NCBI GenBank assembly: GCA_016839785.1
Contig: JAEOTQ010000067.1
Coordinates: forward strand, 1 to 21,957
Direction of reading: 5' to 3'
Origin: Candidatus Hodarchaeota archaeon
GTDB lineage: Archaea; Asgardarchaeota; Heimdallarchaeia; Hodarchaeales; Hodarchaeaceae
DNA: 21,957 nt
Of this stretch, positions 1-8,948 are shown one piece after another. The position numbers and the translations under genes are program-made. Position 1 is the first letter of the stretch, and each line of letters starts with the position of its first letter. A model generated the notes under the pieces. It searched no databases and was not told the DNA's origin. It worked only from the letters and a program-made list of their open reading frames with translations.

Positions 1-1
1 A

Positions 2-277
2 GTCCTCACAGGTCCCCACCCAGCTGTTGTTTATGCTGCCTATCTAGCAAATTTACTTAGACCAAAAGTTAAATTCGCTACTGTAATTGGTTCTTATGGT
101 TGGAAAGGCAGTGTAGTTGAACAAATTGTAAATCTGATTCCTAAACTTAAAGTAGAACTTTTCAATCCTGTGATTGTCAAAGGAAAACCACGTGATAATG
201 ATTTTAAACTTCTGGATAATCTTGTTGACGAAATTGTCAAAAAACATGAAGAATTAGGATTGTTTCATCATACCTGA
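2..277 (+). CDS. fprA: FprA-family (A-type) flavodiiron flavoprotein, C-terminal flavodoxin part (5' partial)
   Basis: Not in the ORF track. Frame 2 reads VLTGPHPAVVYAAYLANLLRPKVKFATVIGSYGWKGSVVEQ...KKHEELGLFHHT* (TGA 275-277). GSYGW and the GPHP..YAAYLANxLRPK pattern are typical of the FprA flavodoxin domain. Confidence 0.85.
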   Translation, partial: VLTGPHPAVVYAAYLANLLRPKVKFATVIGSYGWKGSVVEQIVNLIPKLKVELFNPVIVKGKPRDNDFKLLDNLVDEIVKKHEELGLFHHT

Positions 278-569
278 AAATGTACCTTCAGGTTTACACT
301 GGATAAAAGGGATTTGATTGAAAATTCCCCTGAAGTTTTACTGATTACACTGAACGTTGGTTATTGCACATCTACTATATGTTAACTTAAGGATGCCCCG
401 ACTCAAATTACGAATACTTTGTTTTATTAACGATATCTTCAGGGGGATTCTTAACAAAAAAACTCAATGTTTAGGTCTCTTCTCTCTCCCTTTCCTTCCC
501 AATTTTTTTCTATCTATGACAGATTTGAAATATTCTTCAATAACTAATTCATTTTCTCTTCAAGAGATG

Positions 570-1223
570 TTACAAGTATTTAAGTGCCATTTCTGCCATT
601 TTTTGTACATCAGAATTTTTAGGAGATTTTTTCTTAACCTCTTTGAGTATTTTTTTTGCTTTACGTTTCTCATTGATATGTTTTAATGCATTTGCTTTAC
701 CTAGTAAAGCATAAAAATAATGTCTTGATCTAGGATGATGTTTAATTAGTAAGTTGAACGTTTCTATCGTTTCACGATATTTCTCCAAAGATAATAAGAC
801 TCCACTTTTTCCCATCAGAGCATTTTCATGATTTTCTACAATTTTTAATGCTCGATTAAAACTCTTAAGGGATTGATTCAGTAATTCAATTTCATTAGGT
901 GTGAATTTGAAATGAATTAATGATTTGGGCCCATTTGTTTTCAATATTTCCCCTCTCCTCACTCCTGCAAGTTCCCTGTAGGTGTTCCCTATATTAATCC
1001 AAGCGTCAACTTGTTCTGGGTTGAGTTTAATTACAGTTTTCAAAGATTTAAATGCTTCTCGGTATTTCTTTTGTGCAAATTCTACTTCACTTCTTAAGAG
1101 CCAAGCACGTATGTTCTCTGGATCTTTTTTAATCACTTCATTAAAGATAGAAAGTGCTTTGGCGAGTTCATCTTTTTCTATATAATTTGTACCTTTTTTA
1201 ATCCAATCGAAAGAGCTATTCAT
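570..1223 (-). CDS. Tetratricopeptide repeat (TPR) protein
   Basis: 217 aa with repeated TPR signatures (W..KG..Y, P.N..AW, AWINIGN.Y, ALMGKSG.L, ALLGKA.AL). AGAGG lies just upstream of the ATG. Confidence 0.85.
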   Translation of the reverse strand: MNSSFDWIKKGTNYIEKDELAKALSIFNEVIKKDPENIRAWLLRSEVEFAQKKYREAFKSLKTVIKLNPEQVDAWINIGNTYRELAGVRRGEILKTNGPKSLIHFKFTPNEIELLNQSLKSFNRALKIVENHENALMGKSGVLLSLEKYRETIETFNLLIKHHPRSRHYFYALLGKANALKHINEKRKAKKILKEVKKKSPKNSDVQKMAEMALKYL

Positions 1224-1256
1224 CTTTTAATCCTCTAATTAGATGCATAGAAGAAT

Positions 1257-1382
1257 TTAATCCAGAATTTCCTGAATCATATCTTTTGTGGCCCTACTGA
1301 AATTAATAGAATAAGTCATCTGATAATGAGTTTGATTCTCATCCTTTAAGGTAAATCCATGCGATTTATATACCATTAACAT
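1257..1382 (-). pseudogene. Possible small ORF or gene remnant (GNAT-like C-terminal motif)
   Basis: MLMVYKSHGFTLKDENQTHYQMTYSINFSRATKDMIQEILD*. YxxxGF...YxM resembles the end of GNAT acetyltransferases, but it is only 41 aa. Confidence 0.2.
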
Positions 1383-1511
1383 TATTCAAGCACGGTTTTG
1401 TATCTTGTGGGGAGAAGAGTTAAAAAAGCGATTTTTAATCTGGACAAGGATTTTTAGGAATTTTCAAAGTTTGAAGCTGCGTTTCGAAAGATCACTATTA
1501 GAGATGTTATT

Positions 1512-2699
1512 ATGTCTGATGATGTAAAATTCTTAGTCAATGAAACAAAAGATCGGATGATAAAATTAACACAAAATTTAATAGCTATCCCTTCACCCCC
1601 AGGAAAGGAAGACGCTATAAGAGCATATGTCAAAAACGAGATGGAATCCATAGGACTAGATGAAATTGTCATTGATGGAATGGGTAATATTTATGGAAGA
1701 TTGGGTAAAGGTAAACACTCTATTGCTCTTGACTGTCACATGGATACGGTAGATATTGGCAATCTTGAAAAATGGGTTCATGATCCGTTTGGTGGTTTGA
1801 TTACTGATGGTATAATCTATGGTAGAGGTGCTTCTGATCAAAAAGGAGGTCTTGCCTCTGCATTAAGCGCAATTAGAATTATTAAAGAGATAGGTCTTCC
1901 AAAAGACCTCAAATTGATTCTTGTAGGTTCAGTTGGTGAAGAAGAACATGAAGGATTAAATTGGCAATATTTGGTTGAAGTTGAGGGAATTAAACCTGAT
2001 TTTGTAATATTAACAGAACCGACCAATCTTGAAATTGCAATTGGGCAAAAAGGACGGGTTGACCTTAAAATAGAGACCGATGGAGTTTCAGCACATGGAG
2101 CAAATCCTGATTTGGGTGTCAATGCCCTCTATAAAATGCTGTCGATAATTAATAGTATAATAGAATTACAAAAAAATATGCCTATAGACCCCTTATTTGG
2201 AAAATCTCAGATTTCAGTGACTGATATACAATCAAGTAGTCCTAACATTAATGCAACCCCTGATAAGACTATTATTCATGTTGATCGTCGATTAGGCTCT
2301 GAAGAATCTGATGTAACCGCTATGACTCAACTTAAAAATCTCCAATCTGTTAAAACAACAAATGCACGAATCTATATTCCTGAATACACAAAGCAAATTG
2401 GAGAGGGCAAATCATTTTCATTTAAATCCTATTACCCTTCTTGGACAATGAATCAAGAACATCCATTAGTGCAAAAAGCTATACGGGCCTATCGTTATCA
2501 GTTTCATCAAACGCCTCCCCTGAAGTATTGGCCCTTCTCGACAAATGGTGCGGCGACAAAGGGCATCTATAATATTCCAACAATAGGTTTTGGGCCTGGA
2601 AAGGAAGAGCATGCCCACACTCCCGAAGATCAGGTAGCTATTGATCAATTAGTTGATGCAATGGAATATTACGTTAGATTAGTGCAAATGTATAATTAG
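1512..2699 (+). CDS. M20 metallohydrolase, YgeY-like (ArgE/DapE superfamily)
   Basis: Motifs DCHMDTV, YGRGASDQKGG, GEEE, LTEPT, G.SAHG..P..GVNA and FSTNG..T.G...IPTIGFGPG.E..AH. Confidence 0.85.
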   Translation: MSDDVKFLVNETKDRMIKLTQNLIAIPSPPGKEDAIRAYVKNEMESIGLDEIVIDGMGNIYGRLGKGKHSIALDCHMDTVDIGNLEKWVHDPFGGLITDGIIYGRGASDQKGGLASALSAIRIIKEIGLPKDLKLILVGSVGEEEHEGLNWQYLVEVEGIKPDFVILTEPTNLEIAIGQKGRVDLKIETDGVSAHGANPDLGVNALYKMLSIINSIIELQKNMPIDPLFGKSQISVTDIQSSSPNINATPDKTIIHVDRRLGSEESDVTAMTQLKNLQSVKTTNARIYIPEYTKQIGEGKSFSFKSYYPSWTMNQEHPLVQKAIRAYRYQFHQTPPLKYWPFSTNGAATKGIYNIPTIGFGPGKEEHAHTPEDQVAIDQLVDAMEYYVRLVQMYN

Positions 2700-2770
2700 A
2701 GGGAGTTATTGATTGGAAAAGACCGAATTAATGTGTTAAATGATTAGATCTTTGTATGATAGTTGTTTTT

Positions 2771-4150
2771 TCATTTTGAATATTCAATACTCTCAATAGC
2801 TGACTTTAAAATATCAATCCCTTTATCTACTAAGTCTTTTGTAATAATTAATGGTGGAAGTATCCGTAAAACATTATTATAATGACCTCCTAGTTCTAAA
2901 ATCACTCCTCTGTTGAAAGTCTCTAATCTAATCAATTTAGCCAATTCTTCTGAAGGATTGTTAGTCTCCTTATCAGTTACTATTTCTAATCCTATCATTA
3001 ATCCTTTTCCACGAACTTCCCCAATAATAGCTGAAGACTTTTCTATTTTCTTTAAACATTGCAGCATATACTGTCCTAACGTGGTTACATATGTGGATAA
3101 ATCATTTTCAATCATGAAATCAATGGTAGCGACACCTGCAGCCATCGCAGTAACATTTCCTCGGAAAGTTCCTATATGGGCTCCTTTAGTCCATTTATTT
3201 TTTTTATCAAGATCATCTCGATATGCTATTGCAGATAATGGGAATCCCCCTCCGATAGCTTTTGACATCGTGATGATATCTGGTATCGCTTTATCATGTT
3301 CAAATGAGAAGAATTTCCCTGTTCGATTAAATCCCGATTGAATTTCATCAAAAATGAGTGGGATGTCATACTGACGACTTATATTCTCAATTTCTTTTAC
3401 AAATCCTTCTGGGGGTATAATAGATCCTCCCTCTCCTTGAATTGGTTCTATGATGGTACCAGCAGGTTGTACAATTCCTGAATGAGGATCAGTTAACTTT
3501 CGATTGTAATATTGCGCACAAATCATTCCACAGTTTTTAAATTCTCTATTAAACGGACATCTGAAACAATAAGCGTATGGGAGAAAATGAATATCTGGTA
3601 ATAAAGGCGTAAATTGCTCTTTCCAAAATCTACCAGAGGTGAGTGATAATGCACCTGATGTCATGCCATGGTAAGCTCCCTCAAAAGAAATAAAGCTCCG
3701 TCGTTGGGTTAAAATTTTGACAAATTTTAACGCCATTTCAACAGCATCTGACCCCGTAGGCCCTCCAAACTGTACTTTCATATTGTTTTTTAATTTTCCT
3801 GGTAATATCTCCCTGATTCTTTCAACTAAAGTGATTCTTACTTCAGTTGGAAAGTCTAATGTGTGAGTAATTTTATGTAGCTGTTCTTCAACTGCTTTCA
3901 ATATTATTGGATTATTATAGCCTAATGCAACTACTCCTGCACCTGCAAAAAAATCTATGAAGATATTACCATCACTATCTTTTAAAGTTGCTCCTCTCCC
4001 TTCATCAAGAACTAGTGGAATGGCTTTTGGGTAAGAAACCGCCTTTCCTTCAATCCTCTCTTGTTTAGTAAGGATTTTCTGGGCTTTTTTTCCAGGTATA
4101 TTGCCGGTAATTATTGGTGCCTCAGGAAAATGAAGATTTTCAAATTTCAT
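2771..4150 (-). CDS. Class-III PLP-dependent aminotransferase, diaminobutyrate--2-oxoglutarate/4-aminobutyrate transaminase-like
   Basis: Motifs DFFAGAGVVALG, GPTGSDAVE.ALK, AYHGMT, EPIQGEGG, DEIQSGF.RTG, MSKAIGGG (PLP lysine), HIGTFRGN, RGKGLM.G and LELGG..NNVLR.LPPL. Confidence 0.9.
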   Translation of the reverse strand: MKFENLHFPEAPIITGNIPGKKAQKILTKQERIEGKAVSYPKAIPLVLDEGRGATLKDSDGNIFIDFFAGAGVVALGYNNPIILKAVEEQLHKITHTLDFPTEVRITLVERIREILPGKLKNNMKVQFGGPTGSDAVEMALKFVKILTQRRSFISFEGAYHGMTSGALSLTSGRFWKEQFTPLLPDIHFLPYAYCFRCPFNREFKNCGMICAQYYNRKLTDPHSGIVQPAGTIIEPIQGEGGSIIPPEGFVKEIENISRQYDIPLIFDEIQSGFNRTGKFFSFEHDKAIPDIITMSKAIGGGFPLSAIAYRDDLDKKNKWTKGAHIGTFRGNVTAMAAGVATIDFMIENDLSTYVTTLGQYMLQCLKKIEKSSAIIGEVRGKGLMIGLEIVTDKETNNPSEELAKLIRLETFNRGVILELGGHYNNVLRILPPLIITKDLVDKGIDILKSAIESIEYSK

Positions 4151-4297
4151 ACGATCACAAGCTTTTCAAAGCCAAATTAATTATGCAATCCTTAAATTTC
4201 GATATCATAAAATTAAGAAAGGTCTAATTTTAAATTATTCGTCACTGAACGATTAAGTGTGAAGTTTGATTTTTTAAACTGGGATATTTGGTCAGAG

Positions 4298-4501
4298 TCA
4301 ATCAAAGCAATGGAAATGAAAGTTTACATTTCTGATCCTTTCTTGATGAATATTGTCAATTTTGTCATTATTTCGAAAATTCAATGATCTAGGATTGAAT
4401 AGACGGTGAGATATAATATTAAAACTCTCACTGGTCATACACAAGGTAGAGAAGAGTATAATCACTAGTACCAGAGAGGATTTCTGTTTATTTCTCTCCA
4501 T
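4298..4501 (-). pseudogene. Probable truncated N-terminus of a secreted protein
   Basis: From ATG 4501 it reads MERNKQKSSLVLVIILFSTLCMTSES..., a basic plus hydrophobic signal-peptide-like start like the neighbouring cargo genes. There is no C-terminal anchor and it is only 67 aa. Confidence 0.3.
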
Positions 4502-4598
4502 TCTGTTACCAAGATACCCGCTCACCTTTACCACATCCTTTCCTTTAGAAAAGTTCAGAATTAGTTTATCTAGAGATTTTCTTGTATGAAACTTTTCT

Positions 4599-4964
4599 TT
4601 GTCAGCACCTTCACATGAATTTGCAATTGTCTTTTCATGTGCAGATACTATTCTGACCAATACGGGGATTTTCACCATTTTTTATTCTAAACATGATCCC
4701 TATGCCATTGCCACCTTACTGGGTATTCCGAAAAATGAGTATGATCAACTCCGTGCTTTGTTGAAGGTCAATCCTGATGTTCGGAATTGTTTGATCTCCG
4801 TTAATGGCCAGCTGTCGTTGTTACGGACGAATGACTTTCTTTTAGATCTATCCACGCCTTTTGATCTTTCTGCGATCCAAAATCTCCCTCTCCAACGGCA
4901 ACTCCATGCTTCCTACCAACAGTATGTCTTTGATCCTATTGACGAAATTCTGTCTCAAAAATAG
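4599..4964 (+). pseudogene. 3' fragment of a probable HerA/VirB4/TraG-like (FtsK-HerA superfamily) ATPase gene
   Basis: ILTNTGIFTIF...D..AIA.LLG.....Y..L..L resembles the segment after the Q-motif of HerA/VirB4-type ATPases. Walker A/B are absent and the start is a weak TTG, so it is 5'-truncated. The family call is by eye. Confidence 0.45.
4926..4961 (+). repeat. Copy 1 of a diverged direct repeat (gene 3' end, VFDPIDEILSQK)
   Basis: gtctttgatcctattgacgaaattctgtctcaaaaa; 29/36 nt identical to 8862-8897. Confidence 0.8.
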
Positions 4965-4998
4965 TGGGAATTCCAATGTATACTGGTGTTAGATCCGT

Positions 4999-5670
4999 TT
5001 ACTTCTCCTTTCTTCTTTTTTGAGTAATATTCTGCTTGTAAAAGACTCCCATCATCAAAGCCAATATAGCCATGGATCCTGGCGTGTTGATAGTCTGGAG
5101 TGTTGGATCGATTGGATTATCATTGATGTACTGGATAGAGGTGGATTCACTATTATTCGTCCAGAAATAGGATTCATATCTCACGGTAATATTTAAATAT
5201 ACTATTCCCGTCCATATCGTGTTCATGGGTATGTTTGTGATGAGGTCTGATAGATTCCATCGTCTTTGTTGCACCCATAAATCTTCATGAATTCCGTATG
5301 TCACTGATCTTCTCCAAATTTTTAGGCTTTGATTGTCAACACTTTCTCCCGACGAGTTATAAAAATCTACTTTTAGGTCTGCACGTATGTATGTCTCCTT
5401 CCCCTCGGTGTGTATTGGTGTCGTAAAATGATATTCATATTCTATGTCCACCAGTGTGATGGTAGTCCAATCCGTAGGCACTTCAGCCGTTACAGAAACA
5501 TAAATATCCTCTATCTCCTTATCTGGAAAATAACATCTCATTACTAGATGAAGTTTTTTTCCAGAAGCCATTGTGGAAGATTTTACTTCATAAGTAATCA
5601 AGAACAAGCTATTAGAGAGACAAATTATTATTAGAATTAGCCATTGTGATTTTCCAGTTCGTCTACTCAT
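4999..5670 (-). CDS. Hypothetical secreted protein with C-terminal membrane anchor
   Basis: Likely ATG at 5670 (MSRRTGKSQWLILIIICL) with GGTGA upstream; the track gives a TTG start at 5694. C-terminus TPGSMAILALMMGVFY...KRRKEK. Confidence 0.75.
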   Translation of the reverse strand: MSRRTGKSQWLILIIICLSNSLFLITYEVKSSTMASGKKLHLVMRCYFPDKEIEDIYVSVTAEVPTDWTTITLVDIEYEYHFTTPIHTEGKETYIRADLKVDFYNSSGESVDNQSLKIWRRSVTYGIHEDLWVQQRRWNLSDLITNIPMNTIWTGIVYLNITVRYESYFWTNNSESTSIQYINDNPIDPTLQTINTPGSMAILALMMGVFYKQNITQKRRKEK

Positions 5671-5724
5671 TTTGTATCCTTCACCACGAAACAACTTATA
5701 GCTCTTGTAGCTTACCTATCTTTC

Positions 5725-8034
5725 TTAATGCTTACGATGGATTCGTTTCTTACTTACGAGTATAAGAGAGACAAAGATCACTAGGATTTCTAACCGACCT
5801 TCCTTAATTATCGAAGTTGTCGTAGTTATTATTGATGTACTGGTTGGTATCTCGGAAGTGGTTGTTTCTTCTGATGTCCAGGTAGATGTGGTAGATTCAG
5901 ATTCGCTTGTAATATTGGTGCTAACGCCATTTATAATTTCAAATTTCTGTACTTCTTCCCACGGTTGAAAGAGGGATCTTTCAGGATCGAATTCGCCATA
6001 TATCCAATTTGCGACAACCGTAAGTTCTCGTGACTGGTACAAGGTAATATATGCATAATCGAGAGAGACATTCCGTTCAATATTCTCAATAATCTTCGCC
6101 CGTTCCTGTAAATTACCTTCATTTTTTGATTCGGTAATTAGCTCACTTACCACTGGGTTCGAATAATTCAGTTGAACGGCGTACCCTTGGTTGGCTACGT
6201 AAAACCTTTCTAAATAATTATTAGCATCTGGATAACGTGTAGAGTGTTCAATTAAAACCATAGGGAGCTCTGGTTGAATTGTGATGTATGTTGAATGACT
6301 TACTTCTCGAAGAAGTATCTTGATTCCTACGTCCATTTCCTCTATAGTACTTTCGATATGCATCGCCAATGTTCGTGTTACTGGATCTCTGTCTTTCAAG
6401 ACCAGAGTAATTGTTCCCCGCCAGCCAAGTGCTTCGAATAGAGCTTTAGTACCCTCGGGATCATATTGAGGTTGATATCCTTCATCAATTAAAAAATCTG
6501 TAGCACCCAGAATGTGTTGTGGAATTATCCCTTGTTGAGGTTCTCCAATTCCCTCTTCCAAGTCAATGATTAGCTTTTCGGTATCAATGGCCTTACTCAT
6601 GGCGAGTCGAAAAAAGCTATTTGCAAAGGGGTTATTGTGAATCGTGCGATTATCAGAGAAAGGTGGATTTCCGTTATCCTCACTCCAAGAATACGGATAC
6701 CAATCACTAGCATTATATTTGGACTCCTCTGCTTCTTCTACCCACTCTGAGGCAATTAATGAATGTTGATTTATTCCTAGAAAATAGAGTTGAGAATTCT
6801 GATGGGTTAAATAAGCATTTAGTTCCATGTCAGAGGACAGTACTTTGATTGTCCCATCTTGTATCAGTCTATCTATATTAATAATGCGACTGACATAAGA
6901 ATGAGGGAGGGCCACTAATTCGATATCACCTTCGAGTATATCATCAATATGGGTATTTAGATTATTATTTATTCTGATTAATACATACTCGTGACCTCTA
7001 TTTGAAAACAATACTTCATCCCACTTGGTCCATAGATAGTTTTTCTGACATTTTGCTTGTTGTTGGAAATCTGTCTCTGAGGGCAAAAGATAATACGGAC
7101 CGCTTCCACACGCTGAAGACGTCATATTTGTATGTATATATTGACTATTCATCTTAATTGAAGGGACTACTCCCGATATATTCCCATTCCAGCCATTTTG
7201 AAATCCAAGTTTCGTATAATTACCAGCTAATTGCGGGAACCACCAATCTAAGGGGACCATAGCAGAATTATTATCTTGTGTATGGTTTATATATTGATAT
7301 TCTGTGTAGGAAGCTGGTATAGATTCTGCAATCCAGACAGGATTAACTGCACATCCAACATTTGTCGTTAATACTCCTAAGACTGCAGCTACACCGTATT
7401 TTACATTAATTCTTAAGGTCCAATCGTCCACCACTTCTACTGCATTCTTTTCCAAATACTCGTACATATGGGTCAGATTCACATCAAATTCATGCATATA
7501 TGCATTCTGCCACTTTCCCTCGTTCTTGTCCCAGATTGTGAAATTTGTTCCCTGTAGATATGGTTCCAGATACCTATTATCGCCCAGTGGAGCTCCAGTG
7601 ATTATCATCCGATCGATCGAGTATTTCATTATCCATGCATTGATTTCTATACTGGTATTCTCGCCTGTACTGGGTAGTACAAAGTAATGCCCTTTCTCGA
7701 TGGTGAAATTTATGGTTTTTTTATCTGAGGCTATATTCCAACTGGAGGCTATTTCTCCTTTGATTGAACCTTTTCTTACCTCAACGCTATTAAGTAATTT
7801 TTCATAAATTCCATCAATTAGTGCATCACCTACTAGGCTCGGATTCAGAGCTGGATCAAGGGTATCTGGACTTGTCGTTGCTCCAATGATCAGAGTATCA
7901 GGGTCTTTTTCTGATATTATGCTCCTCATCAGTGGAGTAGCAATTATTCCAGTGGATATAATCATTATTATTAGAATACTTCCTGCTGCGAGATAAATTC
8001 CTCTGGTTATCCCGATTTTTGTGAAGATGTTCAC
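5725..8034 (-). CDS. ABC transporter substrate-binding protein, family 5 (peptide/nickel-type), orphan
   Basis: Motifs TLIIG....PDTLDPA, IYEKLL, A.SW.I..D.K...F, YSIDR, GSGPY, FR.AMS.AID and YDPE..KAL. It has an N-terminal TM segment and a Ser/Thr linker, C-terminal TM and basic tail. The GTG start overlaps the upstream TGA (GTGA 8031-8034). Confidence 0.85.
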   Translation of the reverse strand: MNIFTKIGITRGIYLAAGSILIIMIISTGIIATPLMRSIISEKDPDTLIIGATTSPDTLDPALNPSLVGDALIDGIYEKLLNSVEVRKGSIKGEIASSWNIASDKKTINFTIEKGHYFVLPSTGENTSIEINAWIMKYSIDRMIITGAPLGDNRYLEPYLQGTNFTIWDKNEGKWQNAYMHEFDVNLTHMYEYLEKNAVEVVDDWTLRINVKYGVAAVLGVLTTNVGCAVNPVWIAESIPASYTEYQYINHTQDNNSAMVPLDWWFPQLAGNYTKLGFQNGWNGNISGVVPSIKMNSQYIHTNMTSSACGSGPYYLLPSETDFQQQAKCQKNYLWTKWDEVLFSNRGHEYVLIRINNNLNTHIDDILEGDIELVALPHSYVSRIINIDRLIQDGTIKVLSSDMELNAYLTHQNSQLYFLGINQHSLIASEWVEEAEESKYNASDWYPYSWSEDNGNPPFSDNRTIHNNPFANSFFRLAMSKAIDTEKLIIDLEEGIGEPQQGIIPQHILGATDFLIDEGYQPQYDPEGTKALFEALGWRGTITLVLKDRDPVTRTLAMHIESTIEEMDVGIKILLREVSHSTYITIQPELPMVLIEHSTRYPDANNYLERFYVANQGYAVQLNYSNPVVSELITESKNEGNLQERAKIIENIERNVSLDYAYITLYQSRELTVVANWIYGEFDPERSLFQPWEEVQKFEIINGVSTNITSESESTTSTWTSEETTTSEIPTSTSIITTTTSIIKEGRLEILVIFVSLILVSKKRIHRKH

Positions 8035-8747
8035 TTCTTTTCCCTTTCTTCATGTAGCGAATATTTACGATAAATTCGTCTCATACTCACGCTGATGAGT
8101 GAAACTATGATTATTGCTACCCCTAGACTGGTTCCCTTAGTAATGGTAGTAGTAGTAGTAGTAGTAGTAGTAGTTTTTATGGTGGATTGGAGAGTCGTAG
8201 TTGTAGACTGCTGACTTGGTTTTGATGGATTATATGTTACTAGATTAGTCCAATGATTTGGCCACGTAACTGGAGGAAAGTCGTATTCTAAGGGCTTTTC
8301 TATCCATATGCCATCTATTTTTATTGATACATGGCTAAAAAAATGTAATACATAGGGGGTGTAGACATAATATTGCCAATACTCAGTTGAAGCTACTACA
8401 ATTGGGAAATCGACTGTATTAGAGAGGGTTATATTTCCGACAAACCGTCTGTTTCTGCAGAGGTCCAACAAACTTTCTGTAATATTGATTAGATTAATGC
8501 TGTGAGTTTTATCATCTAAATTAGCAATTGTTATATTGAATCCCTTCACCATCATCACATCCCAACTTGAACCCCCAGGACAATCACCTCCCGTAAAATG
8601 GTATTGAGCATCAAGCATAAGAATTTCTAGATTGAATTCTTCTTTTCCCCCTTCTATGATGGATAGGGAAGGAAATAATGAGAGTAGAATCAAGAAGCTG
8701 ATTCCTAGGGGAATATAGACCTTTCTCACCTTCCGTTGATTTATCAA
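8031..8747 (-). CDS. Hypothetical secreted/anchored protein, 'family A' (paralog of 9724-10365)
   Basis: Signal peptide, IANLDDKTHSI and FPIVVASTEYWQ motifs shared with 9724-10365, poly-Thr linker, TM and RR tail. Confidence 0.8.
   Translation of the reverse strand: MINQRKVRKVYIPLGISFLILLSLFPSLSIIEGGKEEFNLEILMLDAQYHFTGGDCPGGSSWDVMMVKGFNITIANLDDKTHSINLINITESLLDLCRNRRFVGNITLSNTVDFPIVVASTEYWQYYVYTPYVLHFFSHVSIKIDGIWIEKPLEYDFPPVTWPNHWTNLVTYNPSKPSQQSTTTTLQSTIKTTTTTTTTTTITKGTSLGVAIIIVSLISVSMRRIYRKYSLHEEREKK
8146..8174. repeat. (GTA)9 trinucleotide microsatellite encoding a poly-Thr linker
   Basis: gtagtagtagtagtagtagtagtagtagt gives 9 consecutive ACT codons on the minus strand. Confidence 0.95.
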
Positions 8748-8861
8748 CTTCCTCGCAAAATTTCTAATTTCTCTCCCTTTTATGCCTTTCTTCTGAGCTA
8801 CTCTGTGTCAAAAAACTGTATTACATCACTTAAGATGTTGAAGATGGTAAACGAGCATTCT

Positions 8862-8909
8862 GTCTTTGATCCCATTGATGAAGTTATTTCCCAGAAAGAA
8901 TTACTCTAA
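8862..8909 (+). repeat. Copy 2 of the diverged repeat: remnant 3' end of a homolog of the 4599-4964 gene
   Basis: Translates VFDPIDEVISQKELL*, 10/12 aa identical to the C-terminus of 4599-4964. Similarity stops abruptly upstream of 8861. Confidence 0.75.
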
Positions 8910-8948
8910 AACACGCTGTTATTATTGAAAGAATCCCTTCAACTTTTG

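Noticed and set aside
53-247. 64-aa minus-strand ORF
   Set aside because: Antisense shadow of the FprA 3' end.
357-686. 109-aa plus-strand ORF
   Set aside because: Overlaps the TPR gene antisense, has a Phe-rich shadow composition and no motif.
2913-3341. 142-aa plus-strand ORF and other short ORFs nested in long genes
   Set aside because: Antisense or alternative-frame shadows of well-supported CDSs.
4628-4641. 14-nt exact match tgtcttttcatgtg to 21571-21584, within an 8-bp inverted repeat (4612-4641)
   Set aside because: A few 14-mers are expected to repeat by chance in 22 kb of AT-rich DNA, and the flanks do not match.
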